Part shown: positions 61,212 to 64,000 of the stretch, piece after piece
How positions within the stretch are numbered: position 1 is the first letter of the stretch
Layout: every line of letters starts with the position of its first letter
DNA from: Candidatus Magasanikiibacteriota bacterium
GTDB lineage: Bacteria > Patescibacteriota > Patescibacteriia > Magasanikbacterales > UBA922
Reading direction: 5' to 3'
DNA length: 64,000 nucleotides
NCBI GenBank assembly: GCA_018652595.1
Contig: JABIBU010000013.1
Coordinates: 93,043 to 157,042 of the forward strand
Made by a program: the position numbers and the translations under genes
Notes under the pieces: model-generated
Told to the model about the DNA's origin: nothing
Database searches by the model: none
The model's input: only the letters and a program-made list of their open reading frames with translations

Positions 61212-61760
61212 TTAGTCTTGTTCCAAAAGCTCTTGAAGTTTTTTAGTTGCACGATGCAAGGTCACTCTTACATTAGTTTTTGATTTGTCTAGTATTGAAG
61301 ATATTTCTGAAGTTGTCAGCTCTTCTACAAAACGCAGTAGTATCACTTCCTGATATTCCTGCTTCATTCTTTTTACAACTATCATTATTTTTTCCACCTC
61401 AATATCTATTTCAACTTTTTCATAATTTTTATCATCAGCCAGCAAGACTACTGAATCAAGTGAACACTCTTGCCTTTTTGCTCTCTGGCGATAAAAATCA
61501 ATTATTGAATTTCGAGCTATTCTATAAATTAATCCTGTAAAGCTTCCTATTTCTTTTTTTCTATTTTCAATTAAATAGTTCCAAACTTTCAAAAAAACAT
61601 CACTCGTAATATCTTCGGTCTCTTCCTTATTATTAATTTTAAAGAAAACAAACCGATAAATTTTTTCTACATACAAATTATAAAGCTCACCAAAAGCAGC
61701 AGAATCTTTCTTTGTTCTAATCTTAAATAGTAATGCTTTTTCTTCCATTTTTAGCTTCAT
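61212..61760 (-). CDS. ECF-type RNA polymerase sigma factor
   Basis: AFGELY, EDITSDVFLKVW, YRIARN.IIDFYR, EIS.IL..NVRVTLHRA. Confidence 0.93.
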   Translation of the reverse strand: MKLKMEEKALLFKIRTKKDSAAFGELYNLYVEKIYRFVFFKINNKEETEDITSDVFLKVWNYLIENRKKEIGSFTGLIYRIARNSIIDFYRQRAKRQECSLDSVVLLADDKNYEKVEIDIEVEKIMIVVKRMKQEYQEVILLRFVEELTTSEISSILDKSKTNVRVTLHRATKKLQELLEQD

Positions 61761-61767
61761 AGTAGAA

Positions 61768-61793
61768 GACGTGAAAGTTAGTAAAGTGTTACA
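61768..61793 (-). promoter_or_regulatory. ECF-type autoregulatory promoter
   Basis: TGTAAC-16 bp-CGTC ending 7 nt before the sigma ATG. Confidence 0.7.
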
Positions 61794-62047
61794 CTTGGAC
61801 TATCTAGGCAAATTACGATGTAAACGTAATCAAAATAAGCCACCCGTTACGGTGAGCCCTAAATACTGTACGAGATGCATTATAGCACAACTTAGCACAA
61901 AAAAGCAAGATTGGGACCCTAAACTGGGGATAAGTAGGCTTAGGTATAATAGGTATTAGGTGTGTAGATTTTACTTTTCATTTTAAACGATACTGATTAT
62001 TTTTTATCTAAAACTTTATGCTTTCCCCCTTTCTACTTTATACTCAA

Positions 62048-62134
62048 TTGTATACACTACTCTATACATTTTTAAATTAAACGCTATTTTTTGCCTAATT
62101 CTAAATAAGTATTTTTGTATACACTACTCTATAC
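62048..62134 (+). repeat. perfect 20-bp direct repeat
   Basis: TTGTATACACTACTCTATAC at 62048-62067 and 62115-62134. Confidence 0.9.
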
Positions 62135-62189
62135 TTTTTAATATATTTCTTATAAAAATATTGTTTTTCTACCCAAAGATACTTAAAAC

Positions 62190-62218
62190 TTGACATATTT
62201 TCACAAAAATGTTAAAAT
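62190..62218 (+). promoter_or_regulatory. sigma70 promoter for HTH gene
   Basis: TTGACA-17 bp-TAAAAT. Confidence 0.75.
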
Positions 62219-62369
62219 TTGTATAGACAAACATATACAAATGCAAGTTAAAAGACAATAGTAGAATGAATTACTTTAAAAAATACGCAAGGGTTAAATA
62301 ATCCAATGTATTACATCTTCGAAAGATCCCTCCTCGTCGTTCCTCCTCATTCGGGATTTTACTAAAAAT

Positions 62370-62699
62370 ATGGTTGATTCAACTATACAAAAACCAGATA
62401 CTAGTGAAAAAGAGATAGTAAGAGTTTCTATTTCAGAGGCCGGCCGTCTTTTTGGTGTAAATCCACAGACAATCAGGCGTGCTATCCAAGCTGAAGAAAT
62501 CACTTACATAATAGTGGCTGGTAGGTATAAGATAAACTTTGAGAGTCTAGTAAAATGGTCACAAGCCAAAACAACTGTGAAAAATAAAAGCGATCAAAGA
62601 GGAATCGGACAATATGTGGATAGATGGAAGATAAAGAACAAGCTATACTCTCCGAGTAAAAAAACGATTAAATCTAAAAATAAAGACTCTGCTGAATAG
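62370..62699 (+). CDS. excisionase/MerR-like HTH DNA-binding protein
   Basis: VSISEAGRLFGVNPQTIRRAIQ..GRYKI. Confidence 0.85.
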   Translation: MVDSTIQKPDTSEKEIVRVSISEAGRLFGVNPQTIRRAIQAEEITYIIVAGRYKINFESLVKWSQAKTTVKNKSDQRGIGQYVDRWKIKNKLYSPSKKTIKSKNKDSAE

Positions 62700-62763
62700 G
62701 CAGGGTCTTTTTGACTATCTATAATCTTAGAACACCGCTTCTCCTTGACAGGGAGAAGGACAG

Positions 62764-62797
62764 CCTGCCCGCCAGTGCCAGGCATGGCAGGCGGGGA
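62764..62797. repeat. GC-rich REP-like palindrome
   Basis: CCCGCC..TGCCA-ggca-TGGCA-GGCGGG. Confidence 0.65.
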
Positions 62798-62873
62798 TGA
62801 GGTTATGGGTGAGTGTTGGAGTAAAGACATAAGTTTTATATACTACGTAGCTTCTATGAGACCTCGCCCCTAA

Positions 62874-62899
62874 CCCCTCTCCTTATAAAGGAGGGGGGG
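62874..62899. repeat. GC-rich hairpin (REP-like or terminator)
   Basis: CCCTCTCCTT-ata-AAGGAGAGGG. Confidence 0.65.
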
Positions 62900-62970
62900 G
62901 ATACTTTCTTTTCTTCCCTAAACTTGAATAAAATAGTATAATACATATAATATTACTTCGATTAAACAGT

Positions 62971-64000
62971 ATGCAATTTGTAGAAGAACATCTAACCCGA
63001 CACCATCTGCTCAACAAACCCCACAGATGGTTTTTGGCATTCTTATCCTCCCCTATCCACTTTGCCGAGATGCACTATAAGAAAAAGTATCATCTCAATT
63101 TTAAGCATGCAAAAAAACTGTTTATCTTTGATATGGTTTTGGTCTTTTCCATTCTTATTTTGGCAAGCTCATCTATTTCTTGGTACTATTACAATCCAGA
63201 TGTAGTTGACCAAATTGACTTATCAATAGCACCATCCTCAGACCGTATTATTAGTGGTGACTATATTACTTATGAAATCAAGTACAAAAACAATAGCGAC
63301 AAAAAATTGACTAACGCATCCCTGCTTATAAACTTACCAAAAGGTCTGATTGTGGATAAAATTGAACCAAACGAAATCTACCAAAAAGAAAATCACAGCT
63401 TTGACTTGAAAGAACTATCAAAAAACGAGGCGGGTGAGATAAAAATATCTGGCTGGTACTACGATACACCGCACCAAGAGACCCACATTACGACCGAACT
63501 CATATACAACCAAGAAGATAGAAAAACCCAAGAAATTAAGCTGGTAAACCTAATTCAAATTCATCGTGGCTCTATCTTGCAAGGAGTTTTAAATATCTCC
63601 AATTCCTCTCTTGCTCAAGGCAGTATACCTTTGAAAATTAGCTTGAAAAATACTGGCAAACAAAAATTAGAAAAACTAGTTTTACCACTCAACTTACCCG
63701 CTGGATTGCAAATTTTAAATCCTACCAGCAAAGATGGAATAGTAGAAAATTTGACATGGAAGATTGACCAACTTACTCCAGACGAAGAAGTGGTATTGGA
63801 TGCAGTAGTTCAGACCAATCTAAATCCTAATACCTATAGTATTGATCTTGAACTAACTCCCAAAATAACGATTAATAATGTATTGATAGACCAGGAGAGT
63901 CTAAGCCACAAATTAAACATTGTTCATCCAGAATTAAAATTAAATGCCCTATGGCAGGAAGGTATCGGCTCTATTTCTCCTGGCGATAAGAAAATACTGG
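62971..64000 (+). CDS. membrane-anchored protein with DUF11-like Ig domains (partial, runs off the window)
   Basis: ATG at 62971 (MQFVEEHL...), TM segment, SGDYITYEIKYKN..LPKG; not in the ORF track, consistent with no stop before the window end. Confidence 0.75.
   Translation, partial: MQFVEEHLTRHHLLNKPHRWFLAFLSSPIHFAEMHYKKKYHLNFKHAKKLFIFDMVLVFSILILASSSISWYYYNPDVVDQIDLSIAPSSDRIISGDYITYEIKYKNNSDKKLTNASLLINLPKGLIVDKIEPNEIYQKENHSFDLKELSKNEAGEIKISGWYYDTPHQETHITTELIYNQEDRKTQEIKLVNLIQIHRGSILQGVLNISNSSLAQGSIPLKISLKNTGKQKLEKLVLPLNLPAGLQILNPTSKDGIVENLTWKIDQLTPDEEVVLDAVVQTNLNPNTYSIDLELTPKITINNVLIDQESLSHKLNIVHPELKLNALWQEGIGSISPGDKKIL

Noticed and set aside
1-64000. CRISPR array, integrase, transposase, reverse transcriptase/DGR, rRNA
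   Set aside because: No repeat-spacer array, catalytic motifs or rRNA-like sequence seen
1-64000. Alternative genetic code (TGA recoding as in some CPR)
   Set aside because: Conserved genes are full length under code 11, and TGA ends genes such as pilT (6714) and the GT4 at 9130

Overview
AT-rich bacterial DNA read with the standard genetic code. Gene content and style suggest Patescibacteria/CPR, possibly Parcubacteria/ABY1-like (inference only). Left end: rny with a structured leader, an orphan ORF, HU, and a small tRNA operon (Glu-CTC, Met/Ile-CAT) surrounded by tRNA fragments. From about 3.6 to 61.8 kb nearly everything is on the minus strand and concerns the cell envelope. In transcription order: ECF sigma factor, DUF5667 anti-sigma-like protein, a 1266-aa S-layer-like protein, an O-antigen-ligase/O-oligosaccharyltransferase-like TPR protein, and a ~36 kb glycan cluster. 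The cluster covers GDP-fucose, dTDP-rhamnose-type sugars, CDP-3,6-dideoxyhexoses, C-methyl and transketolase-branched sugars, GT10/GT11/GT-D/GT-C transferases and a flippase. It is followed by a priming transferase (plus strand), surface proteins, a subtilase, DsbA, PilT and FtsI. Most notable: a naturally circularly permuted DsbA; a candidate S-layer glycosylation/anchoring system with an unnamed module shared by two surface proteins; two Xis/BldC-like HTH genes with phased direct repeats at their promoters; short palindromic elements inserted in a tRNA fragment and in-frame in a CDS; and structured leader RNAs. All calls come from motif recognition by eye; no database searches were run.
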